The translations under genes and the position numbers were made by a program. A stretch of 64,000 bases of DNA from an uncultured Methanomassiliicoccus sp. (GTDB lineage: Archaea > Thermoplasmatota > Thermoplasmata > Methanomassiliicoccales > UBA472), in the NCBI GenBank assembly GCA_964585915.1, contig CAZPFU010000001.1, positions 31,420-95,419 of the forward strand, read 5' to 3'. The notes under the pieces are model-generated. The model was not told the DNA's origin. It made no database searches and saw only the letters and a program-made list of their open reading frames with translations. Position 1 is the first letter of the stretch. Every line of letters starts with the position of its first letter. Shown piece after piece: positions 63,996-64,000 of the stretch.

Positions 63996-64000
63996 TACCT

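Larger units (their letters stand above)
31762..64000. mobile_element. tRNA-Glu-associated integrated island (composite, distal end not in window)
   Basis: The tyrosine recombinase starts about 640 nt downstream of the tRNA 3' end. A composition switch to AT-rich DNA begins at about 33.4-33.9 kb and persists to the window end. Gene content changes from housekeeping to defence/MGE-type. Confidence 0.55.

Noticed and set aside
1-64000. CRISPR arrays, rRNA genes, IS elements or transposases
   Set aside because: Reading both strands, I saw no regularly spaced direct repeats, no rRNA-like sequence and no transposase-like ORF. The only recombinase is the tyrosine integrase at 32399-33394.

Overview
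This is an archaeal chromosome segment. The evidence is the gene content: PurP, eL15, eL21, Rpo4/F, a family-B DNA polymerase, Pus10, the aIF1A-Rio1-KH cluster and an intron-containing tRNA. It is possibly a GC-rich, host-associated Thermoplasmata or Methanomassiliicoccales-like euryarchaeon, but that is only a guess. Positions 1 to about 31.7 kb are GC-rich housekeeping genes. They contain two insertions that look AT-richer by eye: an AbiL-like AAA ATPase + RloB pair between rpl15e and polB (16.1-18.0 kb), and a GHKL ATPase + STAS-like (DUF4325-type) pair (25.9-27.0 kb). At 31.66 kb an intron-containing tRNA-Glu(UUC) is followed by a small gene and a tyrosine recombinase. From about 33.4 kb to the window end the DNA is AT-rich and reads like a composite integrated defence island. 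It contains the following modules. (1) A helicase / DUF1156 methylase / DUF499 ATPase ('Hma'-type) operon, preceded by two unknown co-oriented genes. (2) A giant papain-like surface protease. (3) AbrB/RHH-type small regulators and a PD-(D/E)xK protein. (4) A translationally coupled three-gene operon with a Panacea-like protein and a 387-aa protein carrying a TGT/DpdA-like CxCxxC...H zinc signature. (5) RmuC placed divergently from a TerB-N protein. (6) A SMODS-type nucleotidyltransferase coupled by an ATGA overlap to a PD-(D/E)xK (DUF6602-like) protein, followed by two small multi-TM proteins and a Nudix hydrolase. I saw no CRISPR array, rRNA or transposase. All family assignments come from motifs read in the translations and from memory of family signatures. 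No database search was run.
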